Below, piece after piece: positions 1 to 10,836 of a stretch of 64,000 bases of DNA. How positions within the stretch are numbered: position 1 is the stretch's first letter; each line of letters opens with the position of its first letter. The stretch is from Bacteroidota bacterium. Lineage in GTDB: Bacteria > Bacteroidota > Bacteroidia > Flavobacteriales_D > Sanyastnellaceae. Made by a program: the position numbers and the translations under genes. The notes beneath the pieces were generated by a model, which ran no database searches, was not told where the DNA came from, and was given only the letters and a program-made list of their open reading frames with translations. The DNA is taken from NCBI GenBank assembly GCA_027593035.1, contig JAQCJQ010000001.1, forward strand, positions 4,296-68,295, in the 5' to 3' direction.

Positions 1-651
1 ACGATCCAATACGCCGAACAAGCTGTTCCCAATGGATTGGCACAGGCCTTTGTGATTGGTGAATCGTTCATTGGTTCGGATAAGGTTGCCTTGGTGCTGG
101 GGGACAACATTTTTTACGGAAAGGACTTCGGTCGGCAACTGCGAGCGAATACCGATCCCCATGGAGCCATCGTATATGCCTATTACGTGACCAATCCGGA
201 ACGTTATGGGGTGGTATCCTTCGACCGGGATGGTCGGGTGACCGGTATCGAAGAAAAACCGGAAAATCCGCAATCGAATTATGCGGTTCCGGGTCTTTAC
301 TTTTATGACAATCGGGTCGTTGACATTGCCAAAGCGTTGGAGCCGAGCGCACGGGGTGAGTATGAAATCACCGATGTCAATCGGGTCTACCTGGAATCCG
401 GAGACCTATTCGTTTCAAAACTCGATCGCGGGATGGCATGGTTGGATACCGGAACGCATGAGTCGCTGATGCAGGCCTCCCAGTATGTGCAAGTCATCGA
501 AGAAAGGCAAGGATTGAAAATTGGATGCATCGAAGAAATTGCTTGGCGCATGGGATACATCACCGATGATCAACTCAAGAAATTAGCGGAGCCGCTTCGG
601 AAGTCAGGCTACGGAGATTACCTCTTGGATCAATTGGCACGAGGTCATTAA
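1..651 (+). CDS. rfbA: glucose-1-phosphate thymidylyltransferase, 5' end cut by window edge
   Basis: Frame is open from nt 1 ([17 protein letters not shown]...). RmlA-type motifs [64 protein letters not shown]. The listed ORF start at 37 is an internal TTG. Confidence 0.9.
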   Translation, partial: TIQYAEQAVPNGLAQAFVIGESFIGSDKVALVLGDNIFYGKDFGRQLRANTDPHGAIVYAYYVTNPERYGVVSFDRDGRVTGIEEKPENPQSNYAVPGLYFYDNRVVDIAKALEPSARGEYEITDVNRVYLESGDLFVSKLDRGMAWLDTGTHESLMQASQYVQVIEERQGLKIGCIEEIAWRMGYITDDQLKKLAEPLRKSGYGDYLLDQLARGH

Positions 652-661
652 GAAGCGATTC

Positions 662-1645
662 ATGAGTCAAGCGAATTTGGAACGTCTCAAGTCCAATGCG
701 GACCGCGCCACTGAAGTGTTTCTTCGTCAGTGGCCTGCGGATGCCGATGATGGACTCTATGCGCCAATCCACTACCTCATGTCATTGGGCGGGAAGCGCT
801 TGCGAGCGGTCTTGGCCTTGTCTGCTGCCGAAGCAGAAGGTCAAGACCATTACGTTGCGATGCCGGCGGCATTGGCCGTTGAGTTGTTTCACAACTTCAC
901 CTTGATGCACGATGACATCATGGATGAGGCCCCCTTGCGAAGAGGCCAACAGACCGTGCACCACCGCTGGGATTCCAATGCGGCCATTTTGTCGGGGGAC
1001 GCGATGTTCACGCTGGCCTCGATCGCATTGACCGGATTGAACGCTTCCGCATTGCCCGCAGCATTGCAACTGTTCAATCGAACTGCGCTGGAGGTGTGCA
1101 TTGGCCAGCAATCGGACATGGCGTTTGAATCGCGTGAAAACGTGACGTTGGATGATTACTGGAACATGATTCGGCTCAAAACTTCAGTCTTGGTGGCTGC
1201 TTCACTGGCATTGGGGGCGCAAGCGGCTGGCGCGACGGAAACCCGCGCGGCCTTGTGGTACCAATTGGGAGAACAATTGGGACTGGCCTTTCAAATGCAA
1301 GATGACCTGCTGGATGCTTTTGGGACAGCGGCGACGGGAAAACAATTGGGTGGAGACATCCTTTCCGATAAAAAGACTTTTTTACGCATTCATGCCTGGG
1401 AAAACGCATCCGCAGCGCAGCGCCTAGAAATGAATGCCTGGAACGGCAAGGAGCATGATCCCGATGAGAAAGTGGCCGCGATCAAAACGATCATGGTCGA
1501 TCTTGGATCGGATCGGGCGGCGAGCCAGCGCATGGCAGGTTGCATTGAGGCTGCAGAGAAGTGTATGGACACGTTGGAATTGAAAGGAGTTCATCGCGAG
1601 TGGTTCGAATTTGTCGCCGGCTTGGTGACAACGCGACAATCCTAA
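662..1645 (+). CDS. polyprenyl diphosphate synthase (FPP/GGPP synthase family)
   Basis: ATG start. Both Asp-rich motifs of trans-prenyltransferases are present: LMHDDIMDEAPLRRG and FQMQDDLLDAFG. Confidence 0.85.
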   Translation: MSQANLERLKSNADRATEVFLRQWPADADDGLYAPIHYLMSLGGKRLRAVLALSAAEAEGQDHYVAMPAALAVELFHNFTLMHDDIMDEAPLRRGQQTVHHRWDSNAAILSGDAMFTLASIALTGLNASALPAALQLFNRTALEVCIGQQSDMAFESRENVTLDDYWNMIRLKTSVLVAASLALGAQAAGATETRAALWYQLGEQLGLAFQMQDDLLDAFGTAATGKQLGGDILSDKKTFLRIHAWENASAAQRLEMNAWNGKEHDPDEKVAAIKTIMVDLGSDRAASQRMAGCIEAAEKCMDTLELKGVHREWFEFVAGLVTTRQS

Positions 1646-1647
1646 CC

Positions 1648-2001
1648 ATGGAATGGGAGTTGATCCTTCCGGAACGGCTGATTCCAGTTGACTGGGATCA
1701 AGCAAGATTCTTGGATGCCGTCAAGGAACAATTGATCAAGGATTTTGAGTGGGATGCGGAGCGGGTGGCTGCTGCGTCGATTCCCCTCCTGCAATTGTTG
1801 GAGGACCACATCTCCTGGAATTTAGAACGGAATGCAACAGCCGTTTTCACCTCCTTCTATAAGTTGGACTTGGGAGAGCAGCTTGTGCGCAACATCTTGC
1901 AGGATGGCGACCGGGAGGAAGCCTCCAAACGCTTGGCCGAAAAGTCTCTGCAACGAGCGGCGCTCAAAGTGTGGACACGTTGGAACTATGCATCACCCTA
2001 A
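1648..2001 (+). CDS. hypothetical protein (117 aa)
   Basis: ATG at 1648 lies 2 nt after the TAA of the upstream gene. The listed ORF start at 1561 would overlap that gene. No motif recognised. Confidence 0.5.
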   Translation: MEWELILPERLIPVDWDQARFLDAVKEQLIKDFEWDAERVAAASIPLLQLLEDHISWNLERNATAVFTSFYKLDLGEQLVRNILQDGDREEASKRLAEKSLQRAALKVWTRWNYASP

Positions 2002-2044
2002 TTCTTTTGCTTCCTTGGAAATAGGCTTGGCGGTTGTGGACATG

Positions 2045-2052
2045 TATCTTTG
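2045..2052 (+). promoter_or_regulatory. Bacteroidota -7 promoter box TATCTTTG upstream of sucA
   Basis: Exact TAnnTTTG match 24 nt before the sucA ATG, in a 75-bp spacer. Confidence 0.5.
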
Positions 2053-2076
2053 TGAATCGAAACACGTACTGTCCTC

Positions 2077-4803
2077 ATGGACCCTTTAGATTTTATCAGC
2101 CAGATAGAGCCCAACGCGCTGGATGCGTTATATCAGCAGTACTGCTCTGATCCCGAGTCCGTCAATGCAAGTTGGCAGCTTTTCTTCAAAGGCTTTGATC
2201 TGGCTCTGGCCTCCTACGATGGGAACGCCACGAGCCCTCAGACGCTGAAAGAATTTCAAGTCATCAACTTGATTCAGGCCTACCGCACGCGTGGCCATTT
2301 ATTCACCCACACCAATCCTGTTCGAGAACGACGGGTGTATGCGCCGGATTTGGGGTTGTCCAACTTTGGACTTTCCGAGTCCGATTTCCCCATCGTGTTT
2401 CAAGCGGGGCACAAAGTCGGATTGGGAGAAGCCTCGCTACAACAGATCGTGGATCACCTTCAGGAGACCTATTGCCACAGCATCGGCATCGAGTACATGA
2501 TGATCCAGGATGTGGATCGCAAAGCTTGGGTGCGAACGCACATTGAGCTAGCGAATCGTCCGCGCATTGAGTTAGAAGATCGGATTCAGATTCTCAAGAA
2601 GTTATCCCAAGCAACCTTGTTTGAAGAGTTCTTGCAGAAGAAGTTTGTGGGCCAGAAGCGATTCTCATTGGAGGGAGGAGAAACTTTGATCGCTGCGCTG
2701 GACGCCGTCATAGAGGAAGGGGCCATGCAGGGTGTTCAGGAGGTGTTCATTGGCATGGCGCACCGAGGCCGATTGTCCACTTTGGCCCATATTTTGGGCA
2801 AACCGTACGAAGAGATTTTCTGCGAGTTCGAGGGCAAGGCGTACGATGATGAGTTGGAGTTTGATGGGGATGTCAAATACCACTTGGGGTATTCCAGAAC
2901 GGTCAAAGCCGACTCCGGGAAAAACGTCAACATCACTTTGGCTCCGAACCCGTCACATCTCGAGGCCGTTGGACCGGTGGTGCAAGGGATGTCGCGCGCG
3001 CGCATTGAATCATTGGGAGGGGATGAAACGAGAGTATTGCCCATACTAATTCATGGAGACGCCGCATTTGCTGGACAAGGCGTCGTGTATGAATTGGCTC
3101 AAATGGCCCAGTTGGATGGCTATCGAACGGGAGGAACGGTGCACATTGTGGTCAACAACCAAGTTGGGTTTACGACCAATTATTTGGATGCCCGATCAGC
3201 GACGTACTGCACGGATGTGAGCAAGGTGACACAAGCGTTGAGTTTTCATGTGAATGCGGATGACGCTGAAGCTGTTGTTCAAGTTATGCGCATTGCGTTG
3301 CGGTATCGACAAGTATGGAAACGCGATGTTTTCATTGATTTGTTGGGCTATCGAAAATATGGCCACAATGAGGGGGATGAACCCATGTTCACCCAACCGA
3401 AGTTGTACAAGGCAATTGGCCAGCATCCGAATCCACTCAAGATTTACATGGACCGACTCATTGCTGATGGCAGCATGGAATTGGCGCAGGCGGAAGCCAT
3501 CCGTGATGAGCAATTTAAATTGATGGAGAAAGCGCACGCAAAAGCTCAGAAGAGGAAGAAAGCCGAGGTGCTTGATTTCTTGAGTGATTTGTGGAGCGAC
3601 TATGAATCCCCCTCAGAGGAGATGCTACAAAGCACGCCCGATACGAGTGTTGCGGTGAAGAAGCTGAAGGAATTGGCCGTGGCCATGTCCACGTTGCCCG
3701 ACGGTAAGAAGTTTTACCGGAAAACGGTGAAATTGATGCTGGACCGCTTGAAGATGATTGAGGAGGATCGTCTGGACTGGGCGCTAGGAGAGTTGCTCGC
3801 TTATGCCACGTTGTTGGCGGAGGGACATCCGGTTCGACTCAGTGGTCAAGATGTGGAGCGCGGAACGTTTTCTCACCGCCATGCGGTCGTCAAAACCGAG
3901 GACACGGAAGAAGAAATCATTCCGCTGAATCATGTGAGTCAGGATCAAGCGAAGCTGAGCATTTACAATTCGTTGTTGAGTGAATATGCCGTTTCTGGCT
4001 TTGATTATGGTTATGCCTTTGCGACGCCGAATGGACTGACCATTTGGGAAGCCCAATTCGGGGACTTCAACAACGGAGCACAGATCTTGTTTGACCAATT
4101 CCTGAGTGCCGCTGAAGACAAGTGGCGGACCATGAATGGGTTGACCTTGATGTTGCCTCATGGTTATGAAGGCATGGGGTCTGAGCATAGCTCCGGTCGC
4201 ATGGAGCGTTTCTTACAATTGGGAAGTGGGGACAACATGTTCATTTGCAATGTCACCGAGCCCGCGAATTATTTTCACTTGCTCCGGCGTCAGGTCAAGT
4301 GGCCTTTCCGGAAACCGTTGATCATTTTCACTCCGAAAAAACTCCTGCGTTATCCGTTGGCGGTCTCTTCTTTCCAGCAGATGGCGAAGGGAGGTTTCCA
4401 AAAGGTGATGGATGATCCCCGGCATGTGGAATCCGCCTCCGCAAAGCGAGTGGATACCGTGATGTTGTGCAGTGGAAAGGTCTATTACGACCTCATTGAG
4501 GTATTGGAGGAGGTGCAAGCCGAGAATCTTGCGTTCGTCCGATTGGAACAGATCCATCCTTTACCCGCAGCGGAGTTGGATCAAATTATCCAGAAGTACG
4601 GACGGGACGCCAATTATGTTTGGGTTCAAGAAGAGCCGCAGAATATGGGTGCTTGGAGTTTCATGCTGCAACACTTCACACGGGTTCCGCTCAGCGTGAT
4701 TTCCCGGTCCATGAGTGCCAGCCCTGCGTCGGGGTCCTCTGAGGTGCATAAAAGCCGACAACAGGAGATTCTTGATGAGGTGTTCGCCCATGCCAACCGA
4801 TGA
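2077..4803 (+). CDS. sucA: 2-oxoglutarate dehydrogenase E1 component
   Basis: 908 aa. Motifs KRFSLEGGETLI, GMAHRGRLSTL, HGDAAFAGQGVVYE, PHGYEGMGSEHSSGRMERFLQL. Confidence 0.95.
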   Translation: MDPLDFISQIEPNALDALYQQYCSDPESVNASWQLFFKGFDLALASYDGNATSPQTLKEFQVINLIQAYRTRGHLFTHTNPVRERRVYAPDLGLSNFGLSESDFPIVFQAGHKVGLGEASLQQIVDHLQETYCHSIGIEYMMIQDVDRKAWVRTHIELANRPRIELEDRIQILKKLSQATLFEEFLQKKFVGQKRFSLEGGETLIAALDAVIEEGAMQGVQEVFIGMAHRGRLSTLAHILGKPYEEIFCEFEGKAYDDELEFDGDVKYHLGYSRTVKADSGKNVNITLAPNPSHLEAVGPVVQGMSRARIESLGGDETRVLPILIHGDAAFAGQGVVYELAQMAQLDGYRTGGTVHIVVNNQVGFTTNYLDARSATYCTDVSKVTQALSFHVNADDAEAVVQVMRIALRYRQVWKRDVFIDLLGYRKYGHNEGDEPMFTQPKLYKAIGQHPNPLKIYMDRLIADGSMELAQAEAIRDEQFKLMEKAHAKAQKRKKAEVLDFLSDLWSDYESPSEEMLQSTPDTSVAVKKLKELAVAMSTLPDGKKFYRKTVKLMLDRLKMIEEDRLDWALGELLAYATLLAEGHPVRLSGQDVERGTFSHRHAVVKTEDTEEEIIPLNHVSQDQAKLSIYNSLLSEYAVSGFDYGYAFATPNGLTIWEAQFGDFNNGAQILFDQFLSAAEDKWRTMNGLTLMLPHGYEGMGSEHSSGRMERFLQLGSGDNMFICNVTEPANYFHLLRRQVKWPFRKPLIIFTPKKLLRYPLAVSSFQQMAKGGFQKVMDDPRHVESASAKRVDTVMLCSGKVYYDLIEVLEEVQAENLAFVRLEQIHPLPAAELDQIIQKYGRDANYVWVQEEPQNMGAWSFMLQHFTRVPLSVISRSMSASPASGSSEVHKSRQQEILDEVFAHANR

Positions 4804-4850
4804 TCTTCGTTGAATAAATAGCCTTACTTAGCAATCAATTCTATCCTGTT

Positions 4851-6122
4851 ATGCCGACACTTGAAATGAAAGTTCCCAGTCCGGGAGAGTCCATCAGTGA
4901 AGTTGAAATCGCTGCATGGTTGGTGTCCGATGGAGATTATGTCGAAAAAGACCAGGCCATAGCCGAGGTGGATTCAGACAAAGCGACGTTGGAGTTGCCT
5001 GCCGAAGCGGCAGGGATCATTACCCTGAAAGTGGAGGAAGGGGATGCTGTGGCGGTTGGTGCCGTATGTTGCTTGATTGATACCAGTGCGAAGCGACCAG
5101 CTGACCAACCTGCGAAAGCAGCTGCGCCGAGTCTTGCGCCTTCACCTGCGAGTGCGCCAACTCCTGCTGCAGTTGTCGTAACCTCGACACCAGTTCCTGT
5201 TGCGAGCCTTCCTGTGGCCGCTGCAGCAGCGGGACATCCTTCGCCAGCGGCAAGGAAAATGATGTCAGAGCATGCCATGAAATCGGGTGACGTTCAGGGA
5301 ACGGGCCGGGATGGGCGTGTGATGAAGCAAGATGTCTTGTCGGCCTTGGCTGCAGGATTTGACGGCAGTGCGTCGGCAAGTTGGGGAGGGAGCAGGGAGG
5401 TCGGGCGAGTGAAGATGTCCATGCTCCGCCGCAAGGTTGCGGAACGCCTGGTCGCCGTGAAAAATGAAACGGCGATGCTGACCACCTTCAATGAGGTGGA
5501 CATGAAGCCGGTGATGGATTTGCGGAAAAAATACAAGGATGCCTTCAAAGAGGCGCACGGGGTGGGACTCGGATTCATGAGTTTTTTCACCAAAGCCGTG
5601 ACCCATGCGATCGCTCAATATCCGTCGGTCAATGGGATGATCGATGGGAAGGAGATGATCATTCCAGAATACGCGGACATCGGCATTGCGGTTAGTTCTC
5701 CCAAGGGATTGATGGTCCCGGTTATGCGCAACGCAGAGTCAATGACATTGGCAGGAATCGAAGCGGAAATAAAGCGCTTGGCCATTCGGGCGCGTGACGG
5801 TGAATTGACCATTGAAGAAATGCAAGGAGGGACGTTTACCATTACCAATGGTGGAGTCTTTGGGTCGATGTTGTCAACCCCCATCATCAATCCACCACAG
5901 AGTGCCATTTTAGGCATGCACAACATTGTCGAACGTCCAGTTGCGATCAACGGGCAAGTTGAAATCCGCCCGGTGATGTACGTTGCCTTGAGTTACGACC
6001 ACCGAATCATCGATGGCAAAGAAAGCGTGGGCTTCTTGCTCGCCATCAAGGAGATGATTGAGAATCCAGAACGGCTGTTGTTCGGCGGGAAGAAAACTGA
6101 GGAGGTCCTTCTCGGTCTTTAG
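4851..6122 (+). CDS. sucB: dihydrolipoyllysine-residue succinyltransferase (E2o)
   Basis: N-terminal lipoyl domain with [13 protein letters not shown], an Ala/Pro-rich linker, and a C-terminal catalytic motif [12 protein letters not shown]. Located directly downstream of sucA. Confidence 0.95.
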   Translation: MPTLEMKVPSPGESISEVEIAAWLVSDGDYVEKDQAIAEVDSDKATLELPAEAAGIITLKVEEGDAVAVGAVCCLIDTSAKRPADQPAKAAAPSLAPSPASAPTPAAVVVTSTPVPVASLPVAAAAAGHPSPAARKMMSEHAMKSGDVQGTGRDGRVMKQDVLSALAAGFDGSASASWGGSREVGRVKMSMLRRKVAERLVAVKNETAMLTTFNEVDMKPVMDLRKKYKDAFKEAHGVGLGFMSFFTKAVTHAIAQYPSVNGMIDGKEMIIPEYADIGIAVSSPKGLMVPVMRNAESMTLAGIEAEIKRLAIRARDGELTIEEMQGGTFTITNGGVFGSMLSTPIINPPQSAILGMHNIVERPVAINGQVEIRPVMYVALSYDHRIIDGKESVGFLLAIKEMIENPERLLFGGKKTEEVLLGL

Positions 6123-6130
6123 ATCGGGAC

Positions 6131-6160
6131 AAAACAAAAGCCCCACCTGGAAGGTGGGGC
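6131..6160. terminator. GC-rich hairpin, likely bidirectional intrinsic terminator between sucB and rodA
   Basis: 8-bp stem GCCCCACC / GGTGGGGC (6140-6147 / 6153-6160) with loop TGGAA. The A-tract AAAACAAAA on the + strand gives a U-tract when read on the - strand. Confidence 0.55.
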
Positions 6161-6359
6161 TCGGTTGAGGTTTTGCTGACCAAGAATCACCGCATGAAAA
6201 AACCCACTGCTTGGAGTCTTGTGACCGAAGCAATGGGAGTTAAATGAAGTGCGTCAAAGCATGTGCAAATATACGGCAAAATTTGTGTAAAAACTTATTA
6301 AACACCCTAAATCATAGACGAGTATATATATTCGTATGACAAAACATCGAGAGGCCTCC

Positions 6360-7679
6360 TCATCTTAAAACTGAAAATCGCTCGGCGTCCAAACGTAACA
6401 GAATGAAAACGAGCAGAGTGAAGCCCATGAGTGATGATCCACCAGCTGAAAAGAAAGGGAGTGGAATGCCAATCACGGGGGCCAGCCCCAGGACCATCGC
6501 GATGTTAATCAGGTAGTGCATGAACAGAATGCTGACCACGCCGTATGCATAGATCCGCGTGAAATCGGATCGCTGGCGTTCAGCCAAAGCAAGAATGCGA
6601 AGTAGCAGGGCGGTGAAGAGGAGGATGACGAATGCGGATCCTAGAAACCCCCATTCTTCCCCTACCGTGCAGAAGATGAAGGCGGTCTCTTGTTCAGGTA
6701 CAAATCCGTAAGCTGTCATTGGACCGCTGAGAAATCCTTTGCCTGAAAGTCCACCAGAACCGATGGCTGCTTTGGCATGGCGAATGTTGTAATCGGCATC
6801 CGGATTGCTCACATCGATTCCAAAGAGCACTTGGACACGTTCTCTTTGATGCCGAGGCAATTGCTCCAATCCTGTGTGCACTCCGCTGCTCAAAAGCAAC
6901 GCCGCCACAAGCGAAATCCATGTGGTGTTTTTTACACGCCGCCGATTTCTTGGGACCACCATGTTGGGGATGAGTTGCCAAATGACCAGTCCGATGGCTG
7001 TCAGGATGATCCAAAGCAAGCCAATGGCGGATTGGCTTCCAATCCAAGGATGCGACATTACAGAAGCGCCCGTCAGGATCGAAGCGATGGTGACGAGCAG
7101 CGCACAGAAGCCAGCGATCAGGACATTTCCAGATAGGCCCTCTCGGTAAAGGGCAAAGATCAGCCCCCCGAAAACCAAAGTGGTGCCGGCATCCGGTTGA
7201 AGCAATGTCAATGCCGCTGGTATGCCCATAACCGCGATGGATTGCAGCAATGTTTTCATGCTTCGCAGTTTGCCATCTCCACGACTGAGCAACCAAGCCA
7301 AAAGCAATGCCGTTGCGGGTTTGGCGAATTCAGAGGGTTGGATGCTGATGCTCCCAAGCCCAAACCAGGATCGCGCTCCGCCGACTTTCTTTCCAATGAC
7401 TAGCACGGCCAATAAAAGAACAACGTTGATGATGTAATGGAGGATGGATGTTCGAATGAAAAACTCCCCTTCAATGTTCAATATGACCATGGCGAGGATG
7501 CCACAAATGACCAACCAGATGAGTTGTTTGCCTTGCTTGGACCCCCAGTCGAGCCAATCAACGGATGAAGCCCCGGAGGTCGCGCTAGCGACATTGAGCC
7601 AGCCCAAAATCATCATGATTCCGACCATCAAGACCGTGATCCAGTCAATGCGCTGACCTATGGAATGTGAGCGTCTCAT
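6360..7679 (-). CDS. rodA: rod shape-determining SEDS protein RodA
   Basis: Polytopic membrane protein with ISIQPSEFAKP, GSGGLSGKGFLSG and PEQETAFIF...GEEWGF. The ATG at 7679 overlaps the mrdA stop (TGATG). The listed 7682 start is a TTG. Confidence 0.9.
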   Translation of the reverse strand: MRRSHSIGQRIDWITVLMVGIMMILGWLNVASATSGASSVDWLDWGSKQGKQLIWLVICGILAMVILNIEGEFFIRTSILHYIINVVLLLAVLVIGKKVGGARSWFGLGSISIQPSEFAKPATALLLAWLLSRGDGKLRSMKTLLQSIAVMGIPAALTLLQPDAGTTLVFGGLIFALYREGLSGNVLIAGFCALLVTIASILTGASVMSHPWIGSQSAIGLLWIILTAIGLVIWQLIPNMVVPRNRRRVKNTTWISLVAALLLSSGVHTGLEQLPRHQRERVQVLFGIDVSNPDADYNIRHAKAAIGSGGLSGKGFLSGPMTAYGFVPEQETAFIFCTVGEEWGFLGSAFVILLFTALLLRILALAERQRSDFTRIYAYGVVSILFMHYLINIAMVLGLAPVIGIPLPFFSAGGSSLMGFTLLVFILLRLDAERFSVLR

Positions 7680-9499
7680 CAATGTTCAGGAAAGGGATAG
7701 GTGGCTTGCAAGATGAGCTGTTCTTTCTCCGTTTGAGCAATGGACCCCTTGAGGTATTGTTCAATCATCAAGCTCGCAATTGGAGCTGCCCAATCGCCTC
7801 CAGAGCCGGCATTCTCGACATAGACACTGAGTGCAATCCGTGGATTGTCCTTGGGAGCGAATGCCATGAAGACGGCGTGAGTTTCACGATCGCCATCCTG
7901 CACCGTCCCCGTTTTTCCGCACACGGTAATTCCGGGAACGCGGGCTTTTGTACCGGTTCCTTGGGGGGATTCCACGACGGCTTGCATGGCTTGGATGATG
8001 GGAAGAAAGGCCGAAGGAGTCACGCCAGTTTCCACCAAGGAATCGAGCGCTTCGGGTTTCCCATTGCCGCCAATGTCCAGTACGGTGTGTGGCGTGATGA
8101 ACCAACCCCGGTTGGCCATGATGGAAGCGAGATTGGCCATGTGCACAGGGGTCGTTAACAGCTCTCCTTCGCCGATGGAGATGCTGTAGATCGTAGAGTA
8201 GGCCCATCGCTTGCTCCCATACATTCGATTGTAAATGGCCGTGTCCGGGACGGAACCGGAGCGCAAGCCGGAGAGATGCCCTCCAAGGTCTGTGCCCAAT
8301 CCAAACTGTTTGATGCGCGGACTCCATCGCGCCAAGCCATCGGAAGCGTCTTGGAAAATAGTTTCAGAATCGCCCGGCTGAACCATGCGCTTCATCACCT
8401 CATGAAAGTATGGATTGCACGAATGGACAATGGCCTCTTCTAGGTTGTCCATGGAGTGGCTGCCATGGCAGCCCAGAATGTCACGATTGCAAAAAATGCG
8501 AGAATTCGGTGAAATCACACCTTCATCCAAAGCAATCAATCCTTGGATCATTTTGAAAATACTCCCAGGCCGATACGTGGCACGCATGGTGCGATTGAAC
8601 AAGGGTTTGGCAGGATCCTTGAGCAATTCGGCGTAATGGGTTCCTCGATTCTTCCCCGACAGAAAATCCGTGGAGTAAGAGGGTGCGCTCACCAAAGCGA
8701 GCACTTCACCGGTTTGTGGATCCATCGCGACAATGGCTCCCCGCTTGTTTTCCATGAGGCGTTCGCCATAGGCTTGAAGATCCAAATCCAATGTGGTAGT
8801 GACGTGCTCTCCATGAATGGGTAAGCTGTCGAATTGTCCATTTGAAAGCGGTTCGCGGTAATCATTTCGGACATCCACCAAATGGTATTTGATGCCTCGT
8901 TTTCCTCTCAGGCGCTTTTCCCATTGCAACTCCAGTCCTGATTTGCCTTTGTAATCTCCTAGGTGATACCCCTGTCCAGAATCCAGGTCTTCCCGATCGG
9001 TTTCTCGATATTCTCCGAGCAAATGGCTCGCGTGCCCACCGGAGTTGGTTCGGATGGATCGTCGTTTGGATTGCACTCCTGGAAACCGCCAGAGTTCACC
9101 TGAAAATTGAGCGTACTCTTCGTTGGGGATTTGCTTCAAGATTGGAGAGGGTCGATAGCTTGCGTACGCATCGGCTTTTGCCAAAGCCTGAATCAATTTG
9201 GAGGAATCCAAGCGGATGGTTTGGCTCAACGCGAGCGTGTCCAGTCCACCGGCTAAACGCGCCTGTCGCGGTGTGAAAAGCAAATCATAACTGGGAATGT
9301 TCGTCAACAAGACCTGGCCGTTTCGATCGAGAATCATGCCACGCGCCGGATCAATGATCTCCCTTTCTTCCGTAATGCGAGCGGCATAATCCTTCCACGA
9401 GCTGGGCCCCAATTGCAATTGAAAGAGCCTCCCAATAAAAATGAGGGACATGAGCAGGATGATTCCGCCAATGACCCATTGTCGCTCTTGCAGATTCAT
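7679..9499 (-). CDS. mrdA: penicillin-binding protein 2 (elongasome transpeptidase)
   Basis: SxxK (PGSIFK), SxN (HSCN) and KTG (CGKTGT) motifs. The ATG at 9499 forms an ATGA overlap with the mreD stop. The listed longer ORF would run into mreD. Confidence 0.9.
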   Translation of the reverse strand: MNLQERQWVIGGIILLMSLIFIGRLFQLQLGPSSWKDYAARITEEREIIDPARGMILDRNGQVLLTNIPSYDLLFTPRQARLAGGLDTLALSQTIRLDSSKLIQALAKADAYASYRPSPILKQIPNEEYAQFSGELWRFPGVQSKRRSIRTNSGGHASHLLGEYRETDREDLDSGQGYHLGDYKGKSGLELQWEKRLRGKRGIKYHLVDVRNDYREPLSNGQFDSLPIHGEHVTTTLDLDLQAYGERLMENKRGAIVAMDPQTGEVLALVSAPSYSTDFLSGKNRGTHYAELLKDPAKPLFNRTMRATYRPGSIFKMIQGLIALDEGVISPNSRIFCNRDILGCHGSHSMDNLEEAIVHSCNPYFHEVMKRMVQPGDSETIFQDASDGLARWSPRIKQFGLGTDLGGHLSGLRSGSVPDTAIYNRMYGSKRWAYSTIYSISIGEGELLTTPVHMANLASIMANRGWFITPHTVLDIGGNGKPEALDSLVETGVTPSAFLPIIQAMQAVVESPQGTGTKARVPGITVCGKTGTVQDGDRETHAVFMAFAPKDNPRIALSVYVENAGSGGDWAAPIASLMIEQYLKGSIAQTEKEQLILQATYPFPEH

Positions 9500-10014
9500 C
9501 TTTGTCGCCGCTTGGATTGCGTGATATAGGACGCCATTAAAAACAAAGCCCAAGTGAAGAGCGCGGATGTGATGGCCTTTCCCCAGCCTTCGAGCATCAG
9601 GCCCCAACGGCCTGCCTCTAACGTGAACATCCAAAGGTTGTGAGCTACCACCAGGAGCAAAGCCCGCGTTGAGAACCACTGAAAACCATGAAGCTGCAGA
9701 GAGCCTTGTTCCATGGCTTCATACCCTTCTCGAGTCACCAACAGACGATTCACTCCAGGAATGCACAGGCCCAAGAGCAGCGCAGAAGAAGTGAAAACGC
9801 CCCCGCCAAGAGTCGCCATATCTAAGAGCGCACCGGTCAGCCCGCAAATCAACAATATGGCCAAAGGAGACCAGGTCAAAGGCAACAATAGCAACCCGTA
9901 CAAGTGAAATGTGGGCAAGAACCAACCATTGCCCAACACCAAATATTGGAAACAAACGACTTGAAGCACCCAAGGGATGGACAAGGTGAGATAAGGGGCG
10001 AGGGAACCGATCAT
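9496..10014 (-). CDS. mreD: rod shape-determining protein MreD
   Basis: 172-aa multi-TM protein between mreC and mrdA, with ATGA overlaps at both ends. Confidence 0.7.
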   Translation of the reverse strand: MIGSLAPYLTLSIPWVLQVVCFQYLVLGNGWFLPTFHLYGLLLLPLTWSPLAILLICGLTGALLDMATLGGGVFTSSALLLGLCIPGVNRLLVTREGYEAMEQGSLQLHGFQWFSTRALLLVVAHNLWMFTLEAGRWGLMLEGWGKAITSALFTWALFLMASYITQSKRRQR

Positions 10015-10820
10015 GGAGTGGGATTGGTCCAGAGTTCAATGCCCATGGAGGACGGGTTGTCCACGACGTGGATGTACCGAAGAGCTTGAAAAGGTGCGCC
10101 GAGTTGGAGTTGGATGCGCTGGAATTCACCGTCTTGCTCAGGTGTCGTTGAAGCAACGAACCCAAAGGTCAATTCAGCAGGAAAAATTCCTTGAAATCCA
10201 GACGTGAATACCGTGTCGCCCGCAGCAACAGAGATGCTTCTAGGGATGTCCTCGAGGTACGCTGTTTGAGTGTGTTTCCCATCCCAGAGCAACCGGCCCA
10301 CCGGCCCCAATTTCCCCAATCGAGCACTCCACTCCATGCCCGTGTGGATCAAAGGCAATAAAAGGGCATTGGTTGCAGTAGTCTCCACCACCTTGCCGAC
10401 GACAAAACCTGCGTGCAAAGCCCCTTGGCCAGCTTGCACACCATCGTTCTGCCCTTTGTTGATGATGAGGTAGTTGGCGCTGAGATGTGTTGTCGATCGA
10501 ATCACTTCTGCAGGAACAATGGCGTGGCCTTGCACGGATCCTGTTGTCAGGGGATTGTCAAATTGCTGGGCTTTCAAAAGCGCCGATCGCAATTGAGCAT
10601 TTTCCAGCAAGAGCTGCTCATTCTGATGGGCGAGCCCAGTCAATTGACTCATGTCGGAAACATATTCATTCCAAGCGCCATTGACCTGAAGCGAGGTTCG
10701 AACCCACTGGCCACGAGGGTGGCCATGACTGGAAAAAAACCAAGCCAAGGCAAACCCTTGACATGCCATAAACGTCAGGATCAAATGATGTCGAACGATG
10801 AGATTCCAAAGGTTGCGCAT
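10011..10820 (-). CDS. mreC: rod shape-determining protein MreC
   Basis: N-terminal TM segment, a coiled-coil stretch (NEQLLLENAQLRSALLKAQ), and a beta-rich C-terminal part. Located between mreB and mreD. Confidence 0.8.
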   Translation of the reverse strand: MRNLWNLIVRHHLILTFMACQGFALAWFFSSHGHPRGQWVRTSLQVNGAWNEYVSDMSQLTGLAHQNEQLLLENAQLRSALLKAQQFDNPLTTGSVQGHAIVPAEVIRSTTHLSANYLIINKGQNDGVQAGQGALHAGFVVGKVVETTATNALLLPLIHTGMEWSARLGKLGPVGRLLWDGKHTQTAYLEDIPRSISVAAGDTVFTSGFQGIFPAELTFGFVASTTPEQDGEFQRIQLQLGAPFQALRYIHVVDNPSSMGIELWTNPTP

Positions 10821-10836
10821 GACAGCCTAGCTGCAA

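Noticed and set aside
5090-5230. Low-complexity GC-rich repeat-like DNA inside sucB
   Set aside because: It encodes the Ala/Pro-rich flexible linker between the lipoyl and catalytic domains of E2, which is a normal feature of this protein.
6194-6247. 17-codon ORF MKKPTAWSLVTEAMGVK in the sucB-rodA spacer
   Set aside because: It is too short to assess, has no promoter box upstream, and lies downstream of the hairpin terminator.
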